Source: Seison nebaliae | Lineage: Eukaryota | Direction: 5' to 3' | Assembly: GCA_023231475.1 (NCBI GenBank) | Contig: JALJEE010002408.1 | Location: forward strand, 1 to 64,000 | Length of the DNA: 64,000 nucleotides | Part shown: one piece after another, positions 12,105-26,671 of the stretch | Numbering within the stretch: position 1 is the first letter of the stretch | Layout of the letters: each line of letters starts with the position of its first letter | The notes under the pieces: generated by a model | What the model was told of the DNA's origin: nothing | The model's input: only the letters and a program-made list of their open reading frames with translations | Databases searched by the model: none | Position numbers and translations under genes: made by a program

Positions 12105-13190
12105 ATGAACAAAATTTTTAGGAATTTTAAACATCGTGAATTGTTCGATTTCCGTGTGACGAATGGTTGGAAGGAACATGAGCAAATTGCCAATTGGTTT
12201 CCCGGTCACATGACGAAAGGATTGAGGCAAATGGATGGAATATTGAAAGATATTGATGGAATTGTTGAAGTGCATGATAGTCGTATTGCTTTTAGTGGAA
12301 GGAATGAAGAATTGAGACGTCGTTATGTTGGTTTAGATAAAAGTCGACCTTATTTATATTTATTAAATAAATATGATTTGATTTCACCTGTCAATCCTCA
12401 ATTGGAAAAGAAAATGAGAGATCAATTAGAAAAAGAAAATTATTCTCCTTTAGCTTTCATCTCATTGAAAACATGTCCGTTGTGGGAGTTGAAAGATATT
12501 GTTAAAATACTAATCAATCAATTGACGGAATCGAATCGATTTAATCGATTATCGAACGACTATTACCAAATTCTCATTATTGGTGCACCAAATGTTGGTA
12601 AGTCAACTCTCATCAATAAATGGAGACAATTGACTATTGGTGAGAATAGTAAAATAAAGAAAGCAGTCAGTACAGGTAGTGATCCAGGCGTTACAAAATG
12701 TTTATCAAATAAAATCTGCATCTCTCGACATCCACTCATCTATTTGTTCGATACACCTGGTCTACTTACTCCACAAATTGATGGAGTGGACACGGCATTG
12801 AAGTTGTCATTAACCAACACGATAAATGAGAATTCAGTTGGTCTAATGTTGATCGCTGACTATCTTCTCTTCCAATTGAACAAACACCGACTATTCAAAT
12901 ATCTGCGATTCACCAAATTGGATGAACCGACAAATGACATCAATATTCTTTGTCGAAATATAAGTCAAGTGAAAAATTGGTATAGATGCGAAAGAAATTT
13001 AAAAAATGGACAATTAGAACAGAAAACGAATTATGAAGTATCTGCGAAGTATTTCATCGAACTCTACCGTAAAGGTAAACTAGGTAAATTCATATTAGAT
13101 GACAATTTAGAAGAAGTTCCTCTCACTCTACAGTCACATCGACAAACCAAATTCTCAAAAAAGGCAGAGAGACAAAAAATTATTTTTTGA
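12105..13190 (+). CDS. MTG1: Mitochondrial ribosome-associated GTPase 1 (RbgA/YlqF family), intronless
   Basis: Motifs WFPGHM.KG, EVHDSR, LNKYDL, G.PNVGKSTLIN, PGVTK, DTPG in circularly permuted GTPase order. Confidence 0.92.
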   Translation: MNKIFRNFKHRELFDFRVTNGWKEHEQIANWFPGHMTKGLRQMDGILKDIDGIVEVHDSRIAFSGRNEELRRRYVGLDKSRPYLYLLNKYDLISPVNPQLEKKMRDQLEKENYSPLAFISLKTCPLWELKDIVKILINQLTESNRFNRLSNDYYQILIIGAPNVGKSTLINKWRQLTIGENSKIKKAVSTGSDPGVTKCLSNKICISRHPLIYLFDTPGLLTPQIDGVDTALKLSLTNTINENSVGLMLIADYLLFQLNKHRLFKYLRFTKLDEPTNDINILCRNISQVKNWYRCERNLKNGQLEQKTNYEVSAKYFIELYRKGKLGKFILDDNLEEVPLTLQSHRQTKFSKKAERQKIIF

Positions 13191-14183
13191 AAATAAAATA
13201 AAAACTTTCAAATTGTAATTATGTCCCTAGTTATTTTTAGTTAGACTGATCGAAGTAGTAATACGTGCGATGATCATCATCCGGTGATGTTTACGTCATC
13301 ATCCTTAGACACTAAAGATGTTGACTTATCATTTAGTTGTTGTTGTTTCTTTACAATTAGTATGTGGGAGAAAAAACATTTCTGTTGTTGGACATTTTAA
13401 AATAAATACCTTATTTTAATTTCAGACATTTTTTACGTCTTTCTCTTAGCACGAGAGGGAATTTAAATTCTTCTTTAAAATTGTAAAATGTTTTATTAGA
13501 TTATTTATTAAGTTTTAGAAGTAATTAAATGAAAAATCGTCATATATGGAAAAATAAAGAGAAGTTCTTTCCGAAATACGGATTCTTTTTAATAATCATC
13601 AGAATGATTACATTTTCCAAATGACATAACAATTTGATAATTGGAAATTATCTCCATTCCTAAAATTCTTCGTAATTTTCAAATTGTTCACTCATTATCA
13701 AAGAATTTAAGATATCAATCTTATCGTAGTTAATTGTGAAATAAGTGATATATGAATGAAAAATAATTCAATTATAATTCAATGTTGAATGTTGCAACTG
13801 GTGATATATGAATATGGTGATATTTCATTTATGAGCAAATTAATCAAATGACCACTTGAATAATTGGAATATTCGATAGAGAACTCCTGTAAGAGGAGTA
13901 TGAAGAAAATTATTGTTCTGTACTGAATAGAGAAATTGAAGAATATTTTTTGTTAATTCTATTCTCTTTCTATTCCACTTGTCGTTCAAAGTCTTTGCCA
14001 CGGTGTTCTTTTGTCTGAACATCATTGTCTCTTGTGTACGTGTAATTTTTAGAAATAGTTCTCCTCTCTGTCAAAAAATTAAAGGAAAAATATTTCTCGG
14101 AAAATTTTTATAAATACCTTACGACGTGTCAATTTACATCTTCCAACTAGACTTCCAAAGTCTGATCCAATTCACGAAAAATT

Positions 14184-15312
14184 ATGCAATTCGACATCAG
14201 AAGGTTTTATTTCTATATTCCATCTAATATTTTCATAATACTCAAAAAAAAGATTTGATATTTATAGGAAAATCCCAAAGGATCTGACTCAACCAACATT
14301 CACTGGAGCATGCATTTCTTTATTTTGCATGAGTCTGATTGGCATTTTGACAGTAACGGAACTCTATTATTTTATTATTCCTACAATGTTCTTTTTTTCC
14401 ATATGATTTCTTCTTCTGAATCTGATTGTTTTTAGTGAAACGTCGATGTTTGTGTATAATACTAATCCAAAAGAAAGAATTCCTGTTTTTATCAACATCA
14501 CTTTACCTCGTTTATCTTGTGAATTTGTGGGATTGGATATTATGGATGATTTAGGTAGACACGAAGTCGGTTACCATGGCAATAGTTATGTATTCCCTGT
14601 GAATAATGACAAAGGTTGTAGAATGGAAGCACATTTTTCGGTGAATAAAGTTCCTGGTAATTTTCATCTTGGAACACATTCGGCAACATCACAACCTGAT
14701 TCTGTTGAAGTATCTCATATTATTCATGATCTTCGCATGGGCGATCAAGTACCTGATCATTTCAAATCTCAAATAAATATCTCTTCTTTCCATCCATTAA
14801 ATGGTATGGATCACAGCGTTAAAACTGAGGGTTTCCTTCTAAATTATTTGGGTGTAATTTTGAATTATTCTTCTAGATATGGAATCTCACGAATATATCA
14901 TCAACTTTGTTCCTACCATTTGCAAGGAGACAAATGGAACGCATTCTTTTCCCTACCAATTCACTTACCTTCATAGAGTTAATTTTAATTCTCTCATATT
15001 TATAACACCATTCGTTTTTAGGCGTATGTCAGATATATTCACGGAGGAATGCCGGTAACACCAGCAATCTGGTTCAAGTATCAATTAAATCCGATAACTG
15101 TCCAATATAAAGAAACAAGAAAACCAATATATTCATTTCTCACTTTGGTTAGTTGTTATAATATAAACAAATTTGGAATAAATACATTTTTTGAATAATT
15201 TCAGATTTGTGCTATTCTAGGGGGTGCATTTACCGTTGCTGGAATAATTGATTCCATCATTTTTACAACATCCGAAATGTATAGAAAATTCAGTCTGGAC
15301 AAACTGAACTAA
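14184..15312 (+). CDS. ERGIC1: ER-Golgi intermediate compartment protein 1, 6 exons, 294 aa
   Basis: Exons 14184-14203, 14253-14387, 14436-14830, 14877-14977, 15022-15147, 15205-15312 give MQFDIRRFDIYRKIPKDLTQPTFTGA...DIMDDLGRHEVG...NKVPGNFH...PAIWFKY...CAILGGAFTVAGIIDS...DKLN. Confidence 0.93.
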
Positions 15313-16009
15313 TTTATTCGATTTACTATGTTACGTTGAATAGGATAATTATTTGTCAATTAATTAGTTTTCTCATTGGTTAAATTATGCTTATAAACCT
15401 ATCTATCTTCGTTATCGATTATTTACGATGAACTTATATAATCGACAATAACTAAATAATTTATTATGACGAATATCTTTCCCTATGACAATTAGATGAC
15501 CTTTCAATTTATTATAACTAATAATTAACGATCATTTTAAAGAGTCATCCCTTTTTTCCATATAAATTCCGAATATTTTATCAAAAATCATAAATTAACT
15601 GTTGTTAATTTTTTACGGAATTACATAGTTGTTGTTGTTAGATAAATATTACGATACAATTCTTTTTAATGATATATTACAGAATAAAATTTAATAATTT
15701 TTTTTCATAAACATATTTTAATTGAAGCGCAAAACGATACGAATTAAAACTTTATGACAATTTTACTTGAATAATCTTCTGTCAATAAAGTTGATGATTC
15801 CCGTTTGAAAAAGCAAATAACAATATACACCCGAATTAACCTCATTTCTATGTGAACTATCGATTGTGGAAACTATTTGTGGAAAGATTGTGAAAGTGAC
15901 TGACAATGTGAGAATTCTTTTTATTTACAGATTATCTTTTTCTTAAAGTAAAAACCAATTGGAAAATCTAAATATTTCTGCACACTTTTTATTCTCTTCA
16001 ATATTGAAA

Positions 16010-16810
16010 ATGCATGATTACGCTTCACTGAAGGACAAGATAGATTCATCCTTATATACTTTAACGGAAATTTTGAAGCGAAATCTCTTATCAGACCATC
16101 CTTATTTTCCTTTTATCATAATCAATGCTGATGCTCAACTCCCAAGCAATTGTAATATCAGTAGTAAATTTGTTTATCGTTTTGACTACTGGCACTATGA
16201 AGTGGTCTCGTTTATGAAATATATTGCTCTTGTCTTTGTGCTTTGTATTCTGCTGGTAACGACACCATTTGATAATTTATTTTACAGTTTTAAAACATTT
16301 CTTTTATTGGGTTGATTATTAATTGAACTTTTTTCTAAGAAAATGAACCATTTATGGCACATTTGGGTTGGATGGTGGTTACCCAGAGGATAAGGTCAAT
16401 TTTCCTTCTTTTGTTCTTCTTCTTTTTAAGTGGCATCTCATTAATTGTGGCAGCCTACCAGAAGAGTAAGACTCAAACATTAATTATTGATCCGTTAAGT
16501 AATTCTTACATATTTTATATGGGACATGACAATCTGGCCATTGGTCGACCATCAGCATATGGATTAATTGATGATCTCGGAATTCAATTGATTAGTAAGT
16601 CAGATAGTATCGTAAATTATTATCAGTTATGCTTCTACGCTCATAATATTCCGAGCATAGTTTAAAATTTCATAATTTCTTTAATTTTTTCATTGAATAT
16701 TTCAGCCCATAACGGTTCCTACTATAGAATACGAAATTTCTGAATGGCTCCTTGGAGTCATGGGCACCAACCTCGGTATTAATAGTAAAGCTGCGAATAA
16801 AACCAACTAA
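16010..16810 (+). CDS. TMEM249: TMEM249 (CatSper-theta/DUF4579)-like two-TM membrane protein, ~3 exons
   Basis: N-terminal L..N...HPYFPF and FVYRFDY, two hydrophobic helices, then LIIDP..NSYIFY...YYQLCFYAHNIPSIPI...LGVMGTNLGIN. This resembles the TMEM249 layout from memory. Exons are joined by GTT..AG introns. Confidence 0.5.
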
Positions 16811-19800
16811 TAATTTCTGAGTTTACATAAGAACCGTTAAAAACACACTATCTTATCTTATTATATTTTTCACCCAGTATATTTCACATTCAACGACAAA
16901 CAACCAAATAAAACTTCTTGAAAAAATAACAAAGGAATTTCCTTCATCATGAGAACGGAGACCTTTCCTCGAAAGAATAAACTTTTGAAATTAAAAAAAC
17001 TAATTTTTTCCTTTTTTCATTCTTCTATTCATTTAAACGGAATTATTCATCATTCTATTTCATATTTTTGTTGAAGAAAGAACAATAATTTCTTAAACAA
17101 AAGTCAATAATCGATTGAACAATTTCCTTTAGACGTTTTTATTGTAAGTGAGCAGCGATGAAAGTTGTCGGAAGACGAAATGTGGAAATATTTTGAAAAG
17201 TAACAAAATCAGGAAAAGGAATTGACAATAGAAGAAAAGATGTTCTCGTCCGACAATCATTTTCTTAAAATCAACTTTAAACTCATGGAAAAAAGAACGA
17301 TTGGCAGCAAAGTTGAATCGATTAAACATCTCGCCCATACTACTTCTACTACATTTCCCATGTATTATAGTGGAAGAAGTACAACAAAAAGCGATCGCGA
17401 ATGACGTGTGTCGAATTATTGTTTTCATTTCATGTCATTATACGTAACGATTTAAAAAGAGACTGGTAGAATAGTTTCAATTCTTATTATTCGTCCTTTT
17501 TCCTTTTTTTTTCTTCATCGTTTTCTTCTTTTTTTTTCATTTACTCATTTTATAAAAATCTTTCGACAAATATTTATGTTTTTGAAACATCCGTCAAATT
17601 ATTAAGTTTATGCCTTTTTTTAATAACTTTCTTGATCGGAATGCGAATGTAGTTATTTATGTGAAAATTCTTTGTCTTTCACCAGTTTGTTGTTTTAATG
17701 GATTATGATCCGATCGTCGTTTAGAATATCTTGGAAAATTTCTTTATCGTCATCTTGTCATTATTATTCTGATTTCATTGTTCCTTCTTCTCTCATACAA
17801 GAGAAGAAATAAATCATCTTTCAAGAAATTTTTCGTCATTGAAATTCTTTTTTGTTGTCGTCTAATTTCACATATTTACGTTTCCTATTACTAATTTAGT
17901 GATGATTATTAATTATACAAGTCTTGAAATGAATCTTCTAATACTTTTTTTCTCCGTTTTTTTACGATCTAAAAAAATCATTTAACAACAAACTTCCATG
18001 CGAATATTATTATTCCTTTCAAAACTATAACTTATTATTGATGATAGATAAAATCTAGGAAAATATGATGTATGAATGATTAAAGTAATTGATAGATTAA
18101 CTCATAATTATATTTAGTCCGATTATTTACTTATAGTTTTTTATTTCACTTTTCCCAAGACTCAATATTAGATATTAGATGAACATTCCTCTTTAATTCT
18201 TACAATGTCTTAAGTTAGTCTTAATCATTTTAATCTTTATAAGATTTATGAAAACTTTCGTCTTACAGTCTAACTTTAATTAATGAAATAAATTTATTTC
18301 AAATATGTGTGTTGTCTAATTAATATTTAATGGAAATTTAGGATGAAATTAGTTAAAAAATTTGTTCTAAATTTCTCCTCGAATATTAAATTCAAGCGAT
18401 TTTAACCATTTCGTTGACAATTTGAAAATAAAATGAAAACAAAGTTCCAATCTCCTTGAAAACACAAAAATATATTTATTAATAAAATTATGGAACAAGT
18501 CTTTTTTATTGAATTGACGACAGTCGGTACCCGACAGTCTACCAAGAACCATTCTGTTCTTTCATGTATAACATCAGAGTGAGCTACATCTCTTTATTTC
18601 ATTAAAATTAGATGTAAATATCAAAAAAAGTGGAGGAAATTATCCCAAGTTTTGTTTGTTTTTATTCATTTTTATTATTTTGCTTGTAACTCTATTGACT
18701 TTCTTAAATCATCATATAAATGCTATTTTCAGATTACGAAATGTTAGAAGAAAAATTAATTTTTCTGAAACCGTACATTCTCTCCTTTTTCATGATATTG
18801 ACATTTGGAATGAGAAGGACAAAAGTGTTATAGGACAAAAGAAAAGACGATTTAAGTCGAATTCCTTTTTCCATCGAACAATATAGTTCTTTCGTATAAT
18901 GATTGTTTTACTGAAAATTTATTATTCTGATTTTATATAACTTGTTTATTTGTTTTTAATAATGTTAATTCAAATAGAAAATGTTCGTCGAAAAAAAGAA
19001 ATTGATAACACATTTTTAAGGTCATTCTTTCTCAATAGGTATGAGTAATTTCCTTAAATTAAATTTTTGATATTTCAACCGTTAAAAATTTTTCTAGTTT
19101 CCACATGTAAAACTTTGTTTCAAATTATCAATTTTCAAGATTAAATCAGCTAATGATTTTTTTGTTTGTTCATTTCAAAAATCTTATTAGTTGATGCTTA
19201 TTATAGATAATGGTAAAAGGAAAAGTGGTGAAAGGAAGTCAAATATTTAATTTCTAGAATTGTTGTTGGTAACTTTTAAAAGTGAAATTGAAAAAAATCT
19301 TTTTATTTATTTCAATGAGAAAAGACAATCCTAAATCAATAAACCGAAGAAAATTAATTTAAAAATCAGAGAAGATATCGGACATACTTTACGTTAATTT
19401 TTTATTGTCCATTAACGAAATTATCAATTTGAGAGTGGCTGTTTATTAGAGAAGAAGATATCTATCCATCTATTTAGTATTATCTAATTAGATAAAAATA
19501 ATCGATTAGATTGAATTGAAAAATATGTAACAAACGAAAGTTGAAGGCTTCCCTCTGTTTCTTGAGCAAAGAATCGTATCTCATACAGATAAACGATGGA
19601 TCCTTGAGAGGAAAAAAAACATGGAAATTTAATCGAGTTTCCAATTATCATAGAAGAGTGAAATTAAAAAAAACAAATACCATTTTTTTACCTCATCGTT
19701 TATGAATTAAAACGAATCATGAATTGTACGCGTAGTAAAAAGGGAGGAGATGTTATTAAAAGAAAGTAAACATTCTAGTCTCTTTCATCATGAATGATTC

Positions 19801-22800
19801 ATTAAAATATCTATAATTTATATCTCTAAATTTTTGTGCAATTTTAAATCATTTAATATTTAATTGATTGTGTTATTATTTTTTGGGAGGATAAATTGGT
19901 TGAGGATATTTATCATTTAAACTGAGTCTCATGTAAACTGATGTCATTTAACTCTTACTCCCTAACTACAATCTAATGAGTCGATAGTAAGACAATTTCC
20001 TCTAATTTCACATTAATTTGGGAACTCGTATCTGACAACAAAGTTGCAATTGGAGAATATATCAAAACAGTTGGTTTTTATAGAACATTAAGTGAATAAG
20101 TCGTTTAAAATCTAATGCATTTCCTGCTTGTTACGAACTTGGCCAATTGCACAATTTTTCAATTCCTACCATCTCTTCTTTTTCTTCATTCGTTTTATCG
20201 TTGTACTCTGCTTAACTAAAACTCTTCTGTGCATGTAACAAAACTTTATTTTCTGCTTCTTTTAACCGTATCAATTAATTTGAAAGTTTTCTTCTCATAT
20301 TATTTCATTTTTTGTTCTAGAACTACTTACTTCCTTTCTAGTTTTCCTAAATGAATAATTCATTACAAAAATTATTCTTGCACTTACTAAGTGAAAGTTC
20401 TGCTGCCCAATTATATAATGTTCATTTCTTTTTCTAGCAATTTATTCTCTTCCAAGTAAATTTGAAGTTAATTAATTTTCATAAAAGACATATTGTTTGA
20501 TATAATAATATGAATAGAACTTTATCCTTTATTAGTGAGTTTTATGTCATAAGTTTCTTTTTCTTTTTAGTAACTCTACAATTTCGTATTATGTTTCTTT
20601 CTTTGTTTAAAATTTATTTAAAGTTTTGCTTTTTCCATCTTCTCTTACGTAAAAGAAGTTTCTTCTTCTGATAAAATCCAATAACTTCTCACTGCCTCAA
20701 AGTAATAAAATGTTCAATACAAATGTAATTTTATTCCTGTTCTTTTCTTATCATATTTCACGTAATAATCGTTAAAACTCCGAATATTTATACGATAATT
20801 GACAGAACATTTCAAACTGGGACGTAAAGACAATTAGTATGTTTTGCGTAATGGTAAATTGTTTTAGCTTAAAAAGTTTACGTCGTAAACCTTTCTCGAT
20901 TTTTTAAATCTTAAACTTCTTTAGGATAAACATTAACATATTATTTCAAAGAAAGAAACCAAATATAGTAATTGTAGCGAAAATTTTAGCTTAAAAATCA
21001 TCATAGTTCTCGTAATAATTATAGATGTGCTTATCCCTAAATTTATGCTTCATGTAGTTTTTATTTTGCGTTAAAATTGAATTAACTCCATCGTATGAAT
21101 AACCACCAAGGGAATTACATATAGATTCGAAATAACAGCAGGTCCATTGGAGTTTCACCATTATTTTTCAAGTTTTCTAGAATGTAGACTCATAAATGAT
21201 GAATTGGGAAATCATTTAAATAATCTGTAAATGCTATTTACTAAATTGTTTATCAAATATCTTCAAATCATTCGTATGTTAACAGACAATATCCAAATCT
21301 CTTTGGAAGCAAATGAAAAATTTGAACCCTGGAGTACAATTTGAGGTGGGCACTGAAAACATGAAAAATTTCTCTGATTGCACAATTTGAATACGTAGAC
21401 TTATGTAAAGTGGAATTTGCATAAATAATAATAGTTTGCACCTAAGTTTTTTTGCATCTTTTGTAAGTTTTCGGATACCGAAAGAATTATTCTAAAAAAG
21501 TTATATGTTGTCTCGTTATTCAACTGATTAATCAATGTGATTTTATCGAAGTCCCAAAGAAATATCTAGAAGTCTTCTTCTATTCAGACTATAGTTAGGT
21601 GGCATTCTGAAAAACTCTAGATAATTGTTTTTAGGTGTTCTAATTTTTGGTTGTTAATGTTTAGTAGGAAATTGATAGTAATCCAAAATAGATGATTTAA
21701 TGATAATTAAATTGAAGATTTTAAAATAGAAAGAAGTGAAAGGACTTTCGTCGAGAGGGATAGATTCCAAATTGAAATTGGTGGGATGATATTATGAAGT
21801 ATTTCGGCAGATAGGTAAATGAATGTATGACACTCGCAAGATTTTTGAAAAGAAAAATTACGTCCATGTAATTGAAGGAAGATGAAGGAGGATTATAATT
21901 ATTGAATATTATGATAAAGAAATGAAATTCACGCTTAATAATAAGGAGTAGATTGTTTTTGATGACGACATTCGAATGAAGCAATTAATAATTATTAATT
22001 ATTCTTATGATCTGAAACTCATTCAATCTATTTCTATTTTTTATTCGTATAGGAAAAGTTTCTTCATTTTTTGTTTTTAATCATTTTCCCATGATAATAC
22101 TTATATTTCTTTTTTTGAAAATTATAAATTTCTCTATGATACTTCTCACACGAATTATATAGGGACAAATTGGAAATTTGCCACATTGTCTCCACTACTT
22201 TGAACCAAAGAATTGTTTTCCCCCAAAAATATCAACAATTCGCTTTAAAAGAAACTTTTTCGCTTCCACTCCATGTCACTCAACATCGAGTATTGGCATT
22301 TTTAAAGATTGTGAGATGGATTTTTGTTTATTTTTAATTAGCAAAATAAAGTTAGAGAAGGTTGGAAAAAATGTTTGTTCAGTTAAATGAGATTTTTTAA
22401 ATTAAAAATCAAGTTATAAGAAACTGATTAAGGTGCAAACATAAAATAATCAGATATTTTATCTAACCTGAGATTGACTCGTAAAAGGAAACAATAACCT
22501 ATTCGAAATCATCTATATCTACTAACATTCTTCTTATTCTTTATTAAATGAAAGCAGATACATCGTTTCTATGTTTATAGCACTACTAATTTTCTTTCAA
22601 TTTTTTTTCATAGTTCTTCCCAGAATTGGAGTGTAGAAATAATATGTCACACATTGTTGAACCATCAAGTATTTCTTAAATGTCTCTCATATGTTCCTCT
22701 CCGTGAAGAACTTTTAAATGAATTTCCTTTGTGATACGAAGACGAATATACTTCTCATTACATCAGTGTTTGTGTGTGTTTAATATAATTTCATCTAATA

Positions 22801-22889
22801 CGAAAATTTTTATGCGATTGTTCATTTTCACATTTGACGACAGATTGATATAAATTGAATTCCCTCTAGTTTTTTCATGAAACCTATTC

Positions 22890-24368
22890 ATGAAAGTTTC
22901 ACCTTCAATAATGTTTCAGTCGCTCTTTCAATCACCATCGTCAAACTTCTATCAAAATAACATTCCGAGAGATATTAGTGAGTATGCTACTACTACTGCA
23001 ATTGGAGATTCTTTACACTTCCCAAATTCATTAACTCATGTAGATGAGGATGAAGATCACTCGGTTAATAATCATCGGAATAAAAGGTTCACTTCATTTT
23101 CATAAGATTATAATAAAAAGAATTTTTAATTTCAAAAATTCGTTCTTCACAAATTAGAAAAACGCAATTGCCAACGAAATTAAATTTAGATTATGACTTG
23201 GAGATTAAAAAAGTGAGAACGACAGACTTATATAAAATGAGCCGGAGCGATTGTTCGAGTAATCTGACGGAGAAGGAGAATATATCTTCATTGAATCATC
23301 GTCCACAGAAATGCAAGAAATGTGGCTTCTTTGCAAAGGACAAAGATGAATATTATTCCCATATCAGAGAACATATACCGAAAGAGAAACAATTGTCCTG
23401 CACTATATGCCAATTCGTTACGGAGTATAAACATCATCTCTATTATCATATGAGTGGCCATTTCAATTGGAAACCATTTACATGTAAGCAATGCGATTAT
23501 CATTGTATTAATGCAGCAATGTTAAAAAGTCATATGAAATGTCATTTGAAAGGATATCAAATGAAATGTGGTACTTGTCTACTAAATTTCACCAAGCCAC
23601 AAGAACTGATAAACCATTTGAAACACGAAAACCATTCACCTGTTGGGAATATTAGTGAACCTTTACGAGATTGTGGATTCGAATGGAAAAATTTACCAAC
23701 AACATCTGTAGTGAAAACGGAGAATAGTCCGATTAGTCAATTAGCACAAGAAGAATTGTGCGATTATCAATCAACTGAAAGTTCAACTCAATTCTCTCCT
23801 CAACAACATTCCTCCAGCACCAGTAATATTTCAAATAACACTATTAACGAAAATTTTACTATGATAACTGACGATAATAAGAACAATAATCTTACATTGT
23901 CGCCAGATAGTTTAAACGAATCGTTAACATTTTTCTTACAATTATTTTTTAAATCGTCTTTTATTTATTGTCGTTTCTAGTTGTCATTCCAGCGGAATTT
24001 CGTCGGAGAAACAAATTGAATTACCGGAACAAACAAATCAACAGACAATAAGTCTCTCTACCGATACAACGTCAACCTCCAAGAACATAAGCCTGGAAGC
24101 ATCAATATTTCTTCTCTTGAAATATGTCCTTCTGAGAAATAATGATGAATTAAATTCAAAAAACGTTTGTGAAACAAAAGACGATCTGAAAGAAATCGAT
24201 TCTACAAGTACTAATGAAGAATGTGGAATTCGACAAATATCTGATATTAATGGTGATTCCTATTTCATGTATTGTAAATGTGGATTTAAGACTTCGATTA
24301 AGAATCATATGACGGACCATATTATAGAATATATTCGAAAAAAATCTTTGAATACACAAACCTCTTAA
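22890..24368 (+). CDS. hb: Hunchback C2H2 zinc-finger transcription factor, 3 exons, ~449 aa
   Basis: Central fingers CKKCGF..HIREHIPKEKQLSCTICQFVTEYKHHLYYH...KPFTCKQCDYHCINAAMLKSHMKCH match the Hunchback DNA-binding cluster. Introns are 23087-23157 and 23923-23980. Confidence 0.9.
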
Positions 24369-25246
24369 CAATCCTCCATTCAATCTTCTTTTTTCACCTT
24401 ATAAATATGAATTTCACTCAACTTGCACAAGCATTCCATTAAATTTTCTTTTAAAACATTTTATATATTATAACGTCATTTACTTTTTTCATATTCTTCT
24501 TTTTGTTATATCTTTTCAATTGGCTTTAGTATTATTATCCTTCTTATTTTCACATCTATTACCGGAGATTCTTTGTATTTTCATCAAAATTATTTTGTTT
24601 TAAGCTCGGTTCTAACAAATTTTATCATTTATAATTTTTGCAATACGACATCAAACTTTGGAATAAGATCAAGAGATATCAATTGATTTCTATTTCAGCA
24701 ACAAATCAGAAATTTTTCATTCACATAATAAAAATTATTTATTCCTTCGAACATCTTCAACTTCACCTTCTCAATAATGGAAAATATTATTATTACTATT
24801 ATTAATTATATTCTAAAACTATTATTCAGAATTTATTTAACTTAATAATTAGTAATGTGATTGATCTTTATTCTGAAGAGATTTCCTATTATTTATTTAC
24901 AATTTACGTTAATCGTTAAATAACTTTAATTATGTTCTGCTTTTGTAGTTTTTAAAAAGTTTTAGAGAATTAAAAGTATCACGGAAAACTAGTATAGCAA
25001 TGCAAGAGGGAAGCAATTATAAATTACTCGAATTGTTTGAGGAAGAAAGATCTTTTTAAGTGTAATGTAGAAGACGTATTAATATAACTGAACTTTTATG
25101 TTTATTCGATTAACATAAATTACAAACATAGCAACCTGTATAACAAACAATAAACTTTGAGTAAATGTCATACATTAGAACATTAATGGTTGCCAACCCA
25201 TTGGAGAAACAAACACAGATTATTCATCTGTTATCATGGTTACTGA

Positions 25247-26671
<1,425 letters not shown>

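Noticed and set aside
17129..22390. Short F/I/L/K-rich ORFs upstream of hunchback
   Set aside because: Composition is what AT-rich non-coding DNA gives by chance, and I could not build a spliced model.
24369..24700. Nanos response element in the hunchback 3'UTR
   Set aside because: I found no GTTGT-N5-ATTGTA or clear TGTAHATA site.
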